Below, piece after piece: positions 39,216-49,592 of a stretch of DNA of 64,000 nucleotides. Location: the NCBI GenBank assembly GCA_050173015.1, contig JBFXLE010000004.1:1-64000 (forward strand), given 5' to 3'. Origin of the DNA: Calditrichaceae bacterium (GTDB lineage: Bacteria > Calditrichota > Calditrichia > Calditrichales > JBFXGD01). The position numbers and the translations under genes were made by a program. A model generated the notes under the pieces. It was given only the letters and a program-made list of their open reading frames with translations. It was not told the origin of the DNA and ran no database searches. Each line of letters begins with the position of its first letter. Within the stretch, counting starts at the first letter, position 1.

Positions 39216-39756
39216 TCCTTCTTCAATATTCAGCTTATTACATATTTATGGAAATATTGTTTTAATTGTTCTGCGTTGTACTATTTATATTGTTTTTTAT
39301 CCATACAGCTTCACATTACAAATCGCCCAGGTTGACCGGCGCGGACGACACGCCGTCAAGTTAACTCAAAGGTTGGGCGTCAAGGCGGTGTATTATTGCT
39401 CCATTTGATTTCAAACTCCCGGGAAACCCACCGCGTTTCAGGAGATTCAATATTTCTACGCGGCAAAACAAACTGCCCGGACAGCGCTTCCATAGGCTCA
39501 CATTCATGAACACGCGTACGGACATCGATTTGCTTATCGCCGGAGTGGTACTTACCATCATTTATATACGTTTAGAAAATCCGGCCTTTGTGATTGGAGT
39601 TCATGCCTTGATAAGTCAGCCGTTTAATATGATAGAGCCCCTTTTCCCATGCATATATGTCAAGCGGAATTTGGGACAATCCTATGTGAATACCGGGTAG
39701 AAAGATGAATTCAATAGGATCAAATTTATATAAATTCTTGTATAATTTTAAAAGGC

Positions 39757-41493
39757 ATGGAGAAGATGTTGAACTCAGATATCCTCAAACAAAAATTAGC
39801 CGCGATTGACGGGAAGGATTACGCGGCCTATCAGTCACTCTCAGGGATATACGAGTTCAATCTGTTTACGCTCATTATTCAGCGAATACCCAAAGATCCT
39901 TATGCTCCGCCACATACCGGTATATACCGTATTCAGGTCCGGCGAGATGACCAACGCGTGGTCGGTCTGAATATAAAATCCAAATTACAAAAGACCGCGT
40001 GCGCTGATTTCCTGGCGAGATATTTTTTTAACGCCTGTCAGAAAATTTCCAAAGGTATTCGTGGAACCGGATTCAGCGGATTGATCACCATTAATCAACC
40101 GGGTCAGGCCATTTTAGAAAGAAACAGTGTGGTCATCACGGATGATATGATTGAAACACGCTGCTTTTTAGGACTCCCCGCCGATGGCAGGAAAATTATT
40201 TCTGAAATTGCCGAAAACATGCTGTTCAATGAGCTTCCGGATATTGTAAACGAATCATTTTTAGATAAAAATATTGATCATAAGGCGCTGAGGGAACACA
40301 TCGATGCGGCGGAGGATGCCGCTTATCTTCGCGCTTATCTTGATTCTCTTGATCTGATCGCGTTCATCGCTGATAATTCCATCCTCCCCCGCGAAAGCGG
40401 AACGAGTGATAAACCCATGTCCGGTAAGTCGGCGATCCCGTTTTCTTCACCGGCCGGTCTGATCAGGGAGATAGAACTTCCGCATGCCGGTAAGGTCAAA
40501 GGTATGGGTATCCCCGGGGGGATCACACTGATCACGGGAGGAGGCTATCATGGGAAATCGACTTTGTTAAAAGCGCTTGAGACCGGTATTTACAATCATA
40601 TCCCCGGGGATGGACGTGAACGATGCGTATCAAACGCGCAAACCGTTAAAATACGGGCATATGGCGGAAGAAGCGTTGTAAAAACAGATATATCCCCTTT
40701 TATTAAAAATCTTCCTTTTCAAAAAGATACCACATCCTTTTGCACCGGGAATGCCAGCGGAAGTACATCACAGGCAGCGAATATAATAGAGGCGATTGAA
40801 GCGGGCGCCGAGGTGTTGTTAATGGATGAAGACACATGCGCGACAAATTTTATGATCCGCGATCATAAGATGCAGCAATTGGTGAACAAGAATGATGAAC
40901 CGATCACGACTTTTATCGATAAGGTAAGACAACTTTATGTAGAAAAAAACATATCAACCGTTTTGGTATTGGGCGGTGTGGGTGATTATTTCGATGTATC
41001 CGATCAGGTGGTTCAGATGATAAATTACCGGCCATTGGATATGACTTCCCGCGCGCGTCAAATTGCCGACATGTTTCCCGCAAAACGTAAAGTTGAGGAT
41101 GAAGCGTATCCTTTTCATATCCGGGAGCGGATTCCAATATCTGACAGCATTGATCCACTCAATCAATATGGAAAATTTGCCATCTATGCTAAGGAAGTTC
41201 ATCGATTAAATTTTGGAAATCAGGTAATCGATCTTACTGATTTGGAACAGCTTACAGAACTGTCACAAACAAAAGCCCTGGGATACGCGATTGAATATGC
41301 TAAAAAATACATTGATAAAAAAACATCATTGCGTGAGGTCGTTCATCTGGTGATAAAAGATATGGACAGGAATGGAATCGATATCATCAGCGATAAAATT
41401 TCCGGACATTTTGCCTGGTTTAGAGGGCTTGAATTAGCTTTCGCTTTAAATCGGCTCAGAGGTTTTGATGTTATTCAAAAAGAGCGGGGATGA
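39757..41493 (+). CDS. ABC-class ATPase domain protein (predicted ATPase family, soluble)
   Basis: GGGYHGKST Walker A, ASGSTSQAA, LLMDEDTCATNFMIRD. Confidence 0.88.
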   Translation: MEKMLNSDILKQKLAAIDGKDYAAYQSLSGIYEFNLFTLIIQRIPKDPYAPPHTGIYRIQVRRDDQRVVGLNIKSKLQKTACADFLARYFFNACQKISKGIRGTGFSGLITINQPGQAILERNSVVITDDMIETRCFLGLPADGRKIISEIAENMLFNELPDIVNESFLDKNIDHKALREHIDAAEDAAYLRAYLDSLDLIAFIADNSILPRESGTSDKPMSGKSAIPFSSPAGLIREIELPHAGKVKGMGIPGGITLITGGGYHGKSTLLKALETGIYNHIPGDGRERCVSNAQTVKIRAYGGRSVVKTDISPFIKNLPFQKDTTSFCTGNASGSTSQAANIIEAIEAGAEVLLMDEDTCATNFMIRDHKMQQLVNKNDEPITTFIDKVRQLYVEKNISTVLVLGGVGDYFDVSDQVVQMINYRPLDMTSRARQIADMFPAKRKVEDEAYPFHIRERIPISDSIDPLNQYGKFAIYAKEVHRLNFGNQVIDLTDLEQLTELSQTKALGYAIEYAKKYIDKKTSLREVVHLVIKDMDRNGIDIISDKISGHFAWFRGLELAFALNRLRGFDVIQKERG

Positions 41494-42032
41494 AACAGAT
41501 ACGGGCGTAACCACTTTATTTGCCTGACCGTGGTTGTTACCGGAGCGGCAATCGGCGCCACGAAGGGCAATATGGGGCTTTGGGTTTCCGTGGGCGTTGC
41601 GCTTAGCATTGGTTTCTGAGCTCTTGTTGCTGAATGGCCCATAGAAAGTATGATGAATCTTGAGTGCCAATTCCGGAAAAAATACTAAAAGGGTCTCCAA
41701 CCCGCGGATTGCTCTCCCATTGATGAAATTTCGCAAGTTGATGATGAAGTTGGGAGGAAAATAGCCTTTAGCCGGAATCTTTTTATGACCTATCAGTTAA
41801 ATACAAGTGAGACTAAAAGCCGTCTGTCGGATAAAAATAAATGGCCAGGCAAAAGTGGGAAATGTGATCCCTATAACGGTTTTGGTACAGCCCGCCGACG
41901 CGTATATAAGCGTCGATGAAAAAATGTTTAAAGTGGTGTGCATCTATGGCTGAACCCGGGCGACTACGCGGCGTACGAGGTTGGTTGAACGTATCCAATA
42001 AATATCTACGGGTCAGGTAACAGGAGAAAAAG

Positions 42033-42761
42033 ATGGCTGACAAACAAAAAGGGGATGAGAAGAAGCAGGCGGATTCCCTGTCTCAACCACAGGTAATCAG
42101 AGATGTTTTTATAGTAGGTTCCCCGATCATAGTGTTTGGGATCATCGGAAACCTGATTGGACTGAGTACCCTGGCGGGGGGCGCCGTCATCAATCTGGGC
42201 TACCTAATCATGATTGTTGTCGGGGCGGGTTTACTTCAAAAGCGGAATAGCGGCTGGCGGGAAATCGGATTGAATAGACCGGCCGGATGGCTAAAAACCG
42301 CATTGTCAGGTGTCGCGGTATTTGTCGGCGCGGTCGTTCTCTTTCTCGCGGTACAGGGCATCGCTGTTGGTTTGCTGACGGCGTTGGGTTTGACTCTGGG
42401 TGAAATAGATCAGAGCCGGTTTAACCCCATTGAAGGCAATTTACCAATGTTCATTTTAATGGTCGCCTTGGCATGGACCACTATCGCGTTTGGTGAGGAG
42501 CTTTTCTTCCGCGCCTTTCTCATTAGCCGCATGGTTGATTTTACCCGGATTGATAAAGGTTACGTCATCTGGATCGCGGGGGCTGTTTTTGGGGCGGCGC
42601 ATTTCGCGGAGGGCCCGGTGGGTGTCCTGGCAAATGCTTCATTTGGTGTTTTTTTTGGGTGGATTTATCTGCGAAGCGCGCGAAACCTGTGGATCACCAT
42701 TATTGGTCATGGATTATTAAATACACTTCGTTTTAGCCTTTTGTTCGCCGGAGCGGCATAG
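42033..42761 (+). CDS. CPBP/Abi (CAAX) intramembrane metalloprotease
   Basis: GEELFFRA, FGAAH, IIGHGLLN. Confidence 0.9.
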   Translation: MADKQKGDEKKQADSLSQPQVIRDVFIVGSPIIVFGIIGNLIGLSTLAGGAVINLGYLIMIVVGAGLLQKRNSGWREIGLNRPAGWLKTALSGVAVFVGAVVLFLAVQGIAVGLLTALGLTLGEIDQSRFNPIEGNLPMFILMVALAWTTIAFGEELFFRAFLISRMVDFTRIDKGYVIWIAGAVFGAAHFAEGPVGVLANASFGVFFGWIYLRSARNLWITIIGHGLLNTLRFSLLFAGAA

Positions 42762-43034
42762 CAGTTCTACCGCCAACCGTTTAACGGTGCCGTGAGATCT
42801 CTGACAGTGTCGGGGAAAACCCGGTTGTGTTATAAAGATTGATTTGCGGTTAATCCTGACAGGTAAATATAGTGATGTGAAATCCGAAGAGAATATTTGC
42901 CTGAAAATTCATATATTACAATCCAGGTAGAATAGAAATGGATGTATCTAACGGAGTGCGTCTAAAAACTATTGGGTGGAAGAATCTCATCATTCCATTT
43001 TACAACGAGATGATAATTATTAGGAAGGGTACAC

Positions 43035-43565
43035 GTGTCTATATATCAGAAAATCGGCAGAATAGGACCAAAGTATTTCAGCAAGGCAAAGCTCTTTAAA
43101 TACGGATTTAACTACTTACCCATGTATAGAAGAAGCACGGCAAGGGTCACGGATGTATCGGAAGACCTTTTAACGGTAAAAATAAAGCTGCCCATTAACT
43201 ACAAGAACAGAAATTACGTCGGATCTATTTTTGGCGGCAGCATGTTCTCTTCGGCAGACCCGATCCCGATGGTTCAGCTTATCAATATTCTGAAAAATGA
43301 ATACATTGTATGGGATAAGTCAGCCGAAATATATTTTAAAGCGCCGGCCAGAGAAGCTCTTTACGCCGAATTTATCTACTCGCGATCAGAGTTGGATGAA
43401 ATAAAGAAACAGGTTTCGGAAAATGGCGAAACGGAAATTGTAAAAACCACTCTGTTTACAAATAAAGACAGGGCTAAAGTTTTTTGTGAAGTCAAAAAAA
43501 CAATATACATCGCATCGAAAGAACACTTTAAGAAAAAGCGTCAGGCAAAAGTAAAAGAGCTGTAG
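43035..43565 (+). CDS. Hotdog-fold thioesterase-like (DUF4442) protein
   Basis: KNRNYVGSIFGGSMFS...YIVWDKSAEI. Confidence 0.85.
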   Translation: MSIYQKIGRIGPKYFSKAKLFKYGFNYLPMYRRSTARVTDVSEDLLTVKIKLPINYKNRNYVGSIFGGSMFSSADPIPMVQLINILKNEYIVWDKSAEIYFKAPAREALYAEFIYSRSELDEIKKQVSENGETEIVKTTLFTNKDRAKVFCEVKKTIYIASKEHFKKKRQAKVKEL

Positions 43566-43797
43566 TTATTTAATGAATGGCAATCTCTCACAGCCTCCCA
43601 CGACCGATGTTCATTTTTTAATCCGATGCTCCATCTGACCCGGATGCGGCAGTTCAATGACGATACAAGCCATATTTAACTCCGCACTGGATTTTTATGT
43701 CAAATTCCTCTATCATTTAATTGAATTGAAGATGTTATATGGTTTATTGATCCGGGATTACGGTGAAAAAACCGCGTCTTCGTTAAGGATATTTTAT

Positions 43798-44424
43798 ATG
43801 AAACTTATTTTCGCGGGACTTGGAAGAACCGGAACGACATCCCTGGTAAAAGCGATGGAAATTCTGGGGTTGTCGGTTCTGGCTCAGGAAAAACTTTTCC
43901 GGAACAGAAAAGCGCACAGAAATGTGAATGATAGCCTGAGAGGCAAAGCCGATCTTGATCCGGATATATTTTCGGGCATTGATGTAACCATCGGATGGCC
44001 GCTCTGTTTTTTATTTAAAGAGCAGCTTGATCGTTTTCCCGATGCCCATTGTATTCTGAATGTGCGTGAACCGGAAAGATGGTTTGATAGCGTTGAAAAA
44101 ACCTGGGATCAAATCAGGATAATACGCAAAGCCCGCTACGTACCTAAAATACGTGAAATCAACGCGACACTGGATTATATTCAGGAAAGATTCGGAGGGG
44201 CTCCCGAGAAAAAGCGCTGGATTGAAGCGTATCACAATCATCTAGCTCTGGTAAAATCAACGGTTCCTCCTGATCGCTTAACCGTTTACCAAATTCACGA
44301 AGGATGGGATCCTTTATGCGAGATTCTCGGTATCGAAGTTCCGCAAGTAGAGTTTCCAGTCAAAAATACCGGCAAAAGCGGTGAGCTTGGGAAAAAACTG
44401 AAAAATTTATTTGGTATCGGATAA
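43798..44424 (+). CDS. Sulfotransferase-family P-loop protein
   Basis: AGLGRTGTTSL, LNVREPERWFDS, GWDPLCEILG...FP. Confidence 0.85.
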   Translation: MKLIFAGLGRTGTTSLVKAMEILGLSVLAQEKLFRNRKAHRNVNDSLRGKADLDPDIFSGIDVTIGWPLCFLFKEQLDRFPDAHCILNVREPERWFDSVEKTWDQIRIIRKARYVPKIREINATLDYIQERFGGAPEKKRWIEAYHNHLALVKSTVPPDRLTVYQIHEGWDPLCEILGIEVPQVEFPVKNTGKSGELGKKLKNLFGIG

Positions 44425-44482
44425 TAAACAATCATTTTGACAGACAATGCAAATTTATCAATTGAAAAAGGAATTATGAACC

Positions 44483-45430
44483 TTGCGAAATGAATCAAAT
44501 ATCCTCAATTCCATTGGAAACACGCCGCTCGTTGAACTAAAGCATGTGGTGCCGGATGGCTGCGCGCGCATCCTCTTAAAGCTCGAAAGCCACAATCCGA
44601 CGGGCAGTATGAAAGATCGTATGGCGCGCGCCGTGATAACAGGAGCCGTTTCGCGCGGTGAGCTGGTTGTCAAAGGAACCGTTGTTGAATACACGGGGGG
44701 CAGCACCGGCACTTCGCTGGCGTTTGTGTGCGCCGCCATGGGGTATCAGTTGTCGATTGTTACGTCCGACGCGTTCAGCAGGGAGAAGCGGGATCATATG
44801 CGCGCCCTTGGGGCTCAGGTTCTTGAACTCCCGAGCGATGGAGGTAAAACGACTAAAGAACTGATACAGCGGATGATTGCAAAGGCCAGGGAGCTCAGCG
44901 CCTCCCCCAATTCTTTTTTTGCGGATCAGTTTAACAATCCCGACGCCGCTTCAGGCTATGTGTCCATGGCTGAGGAAATCTGGGAACAATCGGGCCAAAA
45001 TGTAGATGCTTTTGTCCAGTCGGTGGGCACGGCGCAATGCATCACCGGCGCATCCGGCGCTTTGCGCGGACTCAACAGCGCTATTCATATAACCGCCGTT
45101 GAACCCGCTGAATCTCCGGTACTGTCAGGCGGGCAGCCCGGTCCCCATAAAATTGAAGGTGTCGGCCCGGGATTTATTCCGCCAATCTGGACGGCCGGTC
45201 TGGCTGATGAGATTGTTCAGATTTCAACCGGTGACGCCAAAGAGATGGCCAGACGTCTGGCAAGGGAAGAGGCCATATTCGCGGGCACATCTACCGGCGC
45301 CAATGTTTTAGCCGCCATCCGGGTCTCGGCGCGCCTGGGTTCCAGACATACGGTCGCCACCGTCGCCTGTGACTCGGGGCTGAAGTATTTGTCAACCGAT
45401 CTGTACGCTTTCACCGATCAGATAGTTTAA
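44483..45430 (+). CDS. PLP-dependent cysteine synthase-family protein
   Basis: IGNTPLV, KLESHNPTGSMKDR, GGSTG, CDSGLKYLST. Confidence 0.9.
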   Translation: MRNESNILNSIGNTPLVELKHVVPDGCARILLKLESHNPTGSMKDRMARAVITGAVSRGELVVKGTVVEYTGGSTGTSLAFVCAAMGYQLSIVTSDAFSREKRDHMRALGAQVLELPSDGGKTTKELIQRMIAKARELSASPNSFFADQFNNPDAASGYVSMAEEIWEQSGQNVDAFVQSVGTAQCITGASGALRGLNSAIHITAVEPAESPVLSGGQPGPHKIEGVGPGFIPPIWTAGLADEIVQISTGDAKEMARRLAREEAIFAGTSTGANVLAAIRVSARLGSRHTVATVACDSGLKYLSTDLYAFTDQIV

Positions 45431-45447
45431 AAAAAGCGGATCACAAT

Positions 45448-45837
45448 ATGGCACCCTTGATTGAAACCAAAAGGCTGATTCTAAAAGCATTATCGCGCGG
45501 AGATGCGTCCCTCATGTACTCTTACCGCTCCGATCCCGAGGTAACGCGCTATCAGTCGTGGCATCCGGCGAGTGAACATGAAGCGGAGTCGTTTATTATA
45601 GAGACAAATAAAACTGATTTTAATACGGTGGACACATGGTTTCAGCTTGGCGTCTATCTGAAATCAACCGGGGAACTGATCGGGGATATCGGTATTCATT
45701 TCCTCGCTCCGGATAACCGGCAGGCGGAGATCGGATTCACCATTGCTCCAAAACATCAGCGCAAAGGATATGCCACCGAAGCGGTTGCGCAGGTTTTCAG
45801 ATTGAATCAAAATCTCCCGATTGAATTCGTGGTTTAG
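45448..45837 (+). pseudogene. RimJ/RimL-type GNAT acetyltransferase, 3'-truncated by the REP array
   Basis: IETKRLIL...AEIGFTIAPKHQRKGYATEA, then runs into a degenerate REP hairpin; lacks the usual C-terminal ~50 aa. Confidence 0.7.
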
Positions 45838-46968
45838 ACAGGAGACCATGTAGCCAATAATTTTTGCACAATATAAACCTGGCGAACTAATCTAGAACGG
45901 GGGTGAAAATGAAAATCAGCGTACTAACCCATGACTTTAGTCATGGGTATAAGATGAGACAGAACAAATAAGAAACCGATTCATCGGTTTCAATAGAAAG
46001 GACATGATGTCTAAACGCACACACACAGCCTGTTATATACACCTGATTTGGGGAGTAAAAGACAGAGCGCCGCTTTTATCTTCAAATGAAGTTCAGAAAA
46101 AGGTAAATCACTATTTTCAAAACTATTTAAATGAGTTGGAAATAAACCTTATAGGGTTACACACAAATTCAGATCATGTCCATTTGTTAATTGAACTGCC
46201 ATTAAACAGAACCATACAGGATATTGTAAAACTTCTAAAAGGCAGTTCATCACATTGGATAAATCAGAATGATATTATTAAAATGAAATTTGCCTGGGCG
46301 GTGGGTTACGCCGCCTTTACGGTGTCTAAATCGAATGTCTCAAAAGTAAAAAGATATATCCTGAATCAGAAGGAGCACCATAGAGAAGCCACTTTTACTC
46401 AAGAGTACGAGAAGTTCATTGCAAACCGATAAATCGGTTTCTGAGGACTTCAGATGGTCCACAAACCCCACGATTAAAATCGTGGGTTAAGTAAGAGGAC
46501 ATGTAGCCAATAATTATTGTTCAATAAAAATGCGGTGTACTAAGCCATAACGATGGTGAAAATGAAAATCAGCATACTAACCCATGACTTTAGTCATGGG
46601 CATGAGACGCTGCAGCAGCAAAAAGAAACTGATTCATAGGTTACACAGGTATTTAGATAGGTTCACAAACCCCACGATTAAAATCGTGGGTTAGGCAAGA
46701 GTCCATGTAGCCGATGACATTGACGGAATAGAAATCAGGTGTACTAACCCATGACTTCAGTCATGGGTATAAGACACGGCAGAAGCAAAAAGAAACTGAT
46801 TCATAGGTTGCACAGGTATTTAGATAGGTTCACAAACCCCCACGATTAAAATCGTGGGTTAGGCAAGAGTCCATGCAGCCGATGACATTGACGGAATAAA
46901 AATCTGGTGTACTAACCCATGACTTCAGTCATGGGTATAAGACACGGCAGAAGCAAAAAGAAACCGAT
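45811..46968. repeat. REP/REPIN-like hairpin array surrounding tnpA
   Basis: AACCCATGACTTYAGTCATGGG at 45926, 46579, 46746, 46914; inverted variant CCCCACGATTAAAATCGTGGGTT at 46466, 46670, 46838; AAACCGAT..ATCGGTTT at 45973 and 46423; ~167-bp tandem unit. Confidence 0.9.
46004..46432 (+). CDS. tnpA: IS200/IS605-family Y1 transposase (REP-associated, RAYT-like)
   Basis: HUH motif SDHVHLLI, LKGSSSHW, FAWAVGY, YILNQKEHH; no tnpB. Confidence 0.92.
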   Translation: MMSKRTHTACYIHLIWGVKDRAPLLSSNEVQKKVNHYFQNYLNELEINLIGLHTNSDHVHLLIELPLNRTIQDIVKLLKGSSSHWINQNDIIKMKFAWAVGYAAFTVSKSNVSKVKRYILNQKEHHREATFTQEYEKFIANR

Positions 46969-47324
46969 CAGCATGTCCTACTTGCTTGAGAAGATACATG
47001 ATGCCCTGATAAGTTAATACCTGTATGCAACCGATCGATCAAAGCTGAATTCCGTCCGCCGGTTCCTGCTGGGTGTTTCTATTAAATTGTCAATCTTTTT
47101 TTCTTTGTTTTTGCCATTTCTCCAACTGTGAGTTATATTTATTTCAACTTTTTTCCAAACACCGCTGCATCAGCAGCCTTTGACATATTTATCATCATCT
47201 TCGCAATACAAAACAAAAGAATATTTAGTGTGGTGCCTATTTAATCCCATCCGGTATAAACAGGCATTTTTTTTGGGTGGTTAATAATTTAAAAAATAAC
47301 CCCCTAACCCCCTTTATTCTGGCC

Positions 47325-47558
47325 ATGGTTACCGGTGACCGTCAGGAAAGAAACATTAACAAAATTACACGGGACAAAGCCTACACCTATTTAAAAGACG
47401 CGGTGGACGCGGTACGCGATTGCGGGCAGTATGTATTCTGGAGGAACGAGCAACGCTTAAAAGGTTATATCAGTCAGTACCGCAAACGTTGGACCAAGGC
47501 AAAGGATACCGGGAACAATGCCGTCACCGAAGAAGAAGCATCTTATAATTTAATGTAA
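47325..47558 (+). pseudogene. Probable C-terminal fragment of a conserved hypothetical protein
   Basis: RDKAYTYLKDAVDAVRDCGQYVFWRNEQRLKGY reads as natural protein; no RBS; followed by a terminator-like hairpin. Confidence 0.45.
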
Positions 47559-47567
47559 ATAACACGC

Positions 47568-47614
47568 TTCCAGCTATTAATTGCAATAGTGATTGATAGC
47601 CGGGAACTTTTTTA
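47568..47614 (+). terminator. Intrinsic terminator
   Basis: TTCCAGCTATTAATTGC/GTGATTGATAGCCGGGAA imperfect stem followed by a T-tract. Confidence 0.55.
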
Positions 47615-47770
47615 TTGAACGTAAACGACTTCCGGGTTTCCCGAAAGAAAATATCTCGCCCCCCCGTAAAAAATAAATTCTAAGAATAGAAAGTATCATT
47701 TTCCCAATTAGCTTTATCTGAATTCACAGATCTGAATGATCAGATTCATTACAAAGGGGAGCCTAAAAAC

Positions 47771-47972
47771 CGCGGAGGGACGGGTCACACTCCGGAGGGA
47801 AGGAGCAAACTTCGGAGGGAAGGGGCACAACTCCGGAGGGAAAGGGTACAATACCGGAGGGACTGGGTACAACCCCGGAGGGAAGGGGTACACCCCCGGA
47901 GGGACGGGTAAAACTTCGGAGGGGAGGGGTACAACCCCGGAGGGGAGTCCAAAAATACCGGAGGGAAGGTTC
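47771..47972. repeat. 20/21-bp tandem repeat, 10 copies
   Basis: CGGAGGG core at 47773, 47793, 47813, 47834, 47855, 47876, 47897, 47917, 47938, 47959. Confidence 0.9.
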
Positions 47973-48049
47973 AAAATTGACAAAAAAGAGAAATATTCAG
48001 GTTAAAAATGTAAAATATGATGTAATGATCTTTGAAATAATAGGTCAAG

Positions 48050-48120
48050 CCCGACGCTGTAGGCGTCGCATCTTTGTAGAACAGGATTCCCGAGGTAATT
48101 GTACGACCCCCACCGGGATG
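48050..48120. repeat. Degenerate copy of the 35.7-kb REP-like element
   Basis: CCCGACGC..AGGCGTC.CA...GTAGAA..GGATTCC...CGACCCC shared with 35692-35763. Confidence 0.65.
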
Positions 48121-48310
48121 AGCAACGATATAAGGGATATATAAGTCAATATATCAAGCCTCATAATAAAAATCGCTCAATTATCCGGCAGGAATGTTTT
48201 CCATCTGTTTTATAGTTACTAGTTCAAATGCCGGTAATTTCTAATATTTTTGAACTTTTTACTGGGGACACACACCAAAACATACATGAAAAATGCAGGG
48301 GGGAGCCAAC

Positions 48311-48757
48311 ATGAATCATTCAACTCAATCAGAACAGGGACACAAGTTGCTAAAATACGGGATTTTGCTGTTTTTATTAGGATTACTAACCGGATTTGTA
48401 ATACCGGCGATGCAGAATCCGCGCATGGGACTGTCAAGTCATCTTGAAGCGGTGATGAACGGTATGTTTTTGGTTTTGCTGGGAATCATCTGGCCCAAAT
48501 TGCGTCTGTCAGACAGATTGCTTAAATGGTCATTCTTTCTTGCCCTTTTTGGCACATATACGAACTGGATAACCACTTTACTGGCGGGAATTTGGGGTGC
48601 CGGCGCGGACATGATGCCCATTGCCGCCGGTGGATTTTATGGAGTCGCCTGGCAGGAGGCACTGATTAAATTCGGATTAATTTCTTTGTCCTTAGCGATG
48701 GTCATTGTAAGTGGGATGTCGTTTTGGGGGCTGAGAAGCGGCGCTTCAAACAGTTAA
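48311..48757 (+). CDS. Four-TM membrane protein, styrene-oxide-isomerase (StyC)-like
   Basis: LFLLGLLTG...NPRMGLSSHLEAVMNG...YTNW. Confidence 0.7.
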   Translation: MNHSTQSEQGHKLLKYGILLFLLGLLTGFVIPAMQNPRMGLSSHLEAVMNGMFLVLLGIIWPKLRLSDRLLKWSFFLALFGTYTNWITTLLAGIWGAGADMMPIAAGGFYGVAWQEALIKFGLISLSLAMVIVSGMSFWGLRSGASNS

Positions 48758-48870
48758 GAAATTCCAATTTGACAGAATTCATTTACTTTAAGACATTTAA
48801 GTATATAATTTTGATCCTGAATATCGGGAAGAAATTTGAATATTATAAATATTTATGAAAGAGGTGGAAA

Positions 48871-49302
48871 ATGAAAAAAGGTGATAAGCCTGTAATCGTA
48901 GAGCAAAGCTTTAAAAGACCGGTCTTGGATGTTTGGAACGCCATCACGAATTTAGATTTGATGAAGAAATGGTACTTTGATAATATTCCCGCGTTTAAAG
49001 CGGAGGTGGGGTTTAAAACTCAGTTTAATGTCACCAATGAAGGAAGAAATTTTCTGCACCTTTGGGAAATCACAGAGGTCGTGCCACAGAAAAAAATCGC
49101 CTATTCCTGGAAATTCAGGGAATATCCGGGTGAGGGATTAGTGGAATTTCAGATATCCCAAAAAGATGATATGACGCATTTAAAGCTAACCAACAGTTTT
49201 ATCGAAAATTTTCCTGATGGTATTCCCGAGTTTACCAGAGAAAGTTGTACCGCGGGATGGGAGTATTTTATACAACAAAGATTAAAGGAATATTTGGGAT
49301 AA
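48871..49302 (+). CDS. SRPBCC/AHSA1-domain protein
   Basis: VWNAITN...KWYF...GWEYFI. Confidence 0.88.
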   Translation: MKKGDKPVIVEQSFKRPVLDVWNAITNLDLMKKWYFDNIPAFKAEVGFKTQFNVTNEGRNFLHLWEITEVVPQKKIAYSWKFREYPGEGLVEFQISQKDDMTHLKLTNSFIENFPDGIPEFTRESCTAGWEYFIQQRLKEYLG

Positions 49303-49592
49303 AATACCAAACAGGCCATCAAAAATTATACGGACAGAGTTTTCAGTGATGCAATATCAGCCTGAGCTGCAAATGATCCGGTGGATAGCATTTTTTAATA
49401 CCGTTGGTCCGGTCCGGGAAAATTTTTCGTACGATTGGTGAATTGTCAATTATTTGCTCCGGTCGGAAGAGTGTTTTCTGAATTGACCCGAAATTTGGTA
49501 TATGCATCTTCACGGTTTTAGCTGCTGAACCTCCCCTGCCGGCGCGCGAATATTTGATGTATACCGGCTTCCCTGATGAGGAAAATAATGTT

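Noticed and set aside
41870-42000. attC upstream of the second Abi protease gene
   Set aside because: CTATAAC and a GC hairpin are present, but no convincing right core or paired arms
45811-46968. CRISPR array
   Set aside because: Repeats alternate in orientation, the intervening sequences are themselves repeated rather than unique, and there are no cas genes; it fits REP elements around tnpA
47736-48005. Gly/Pro-rich ORFs on both strands (47736-48005 +, 47714-47983 -)
   Set aside because: By-products of the tandem repeat; 20-bp units shift the frame and there is no RBS
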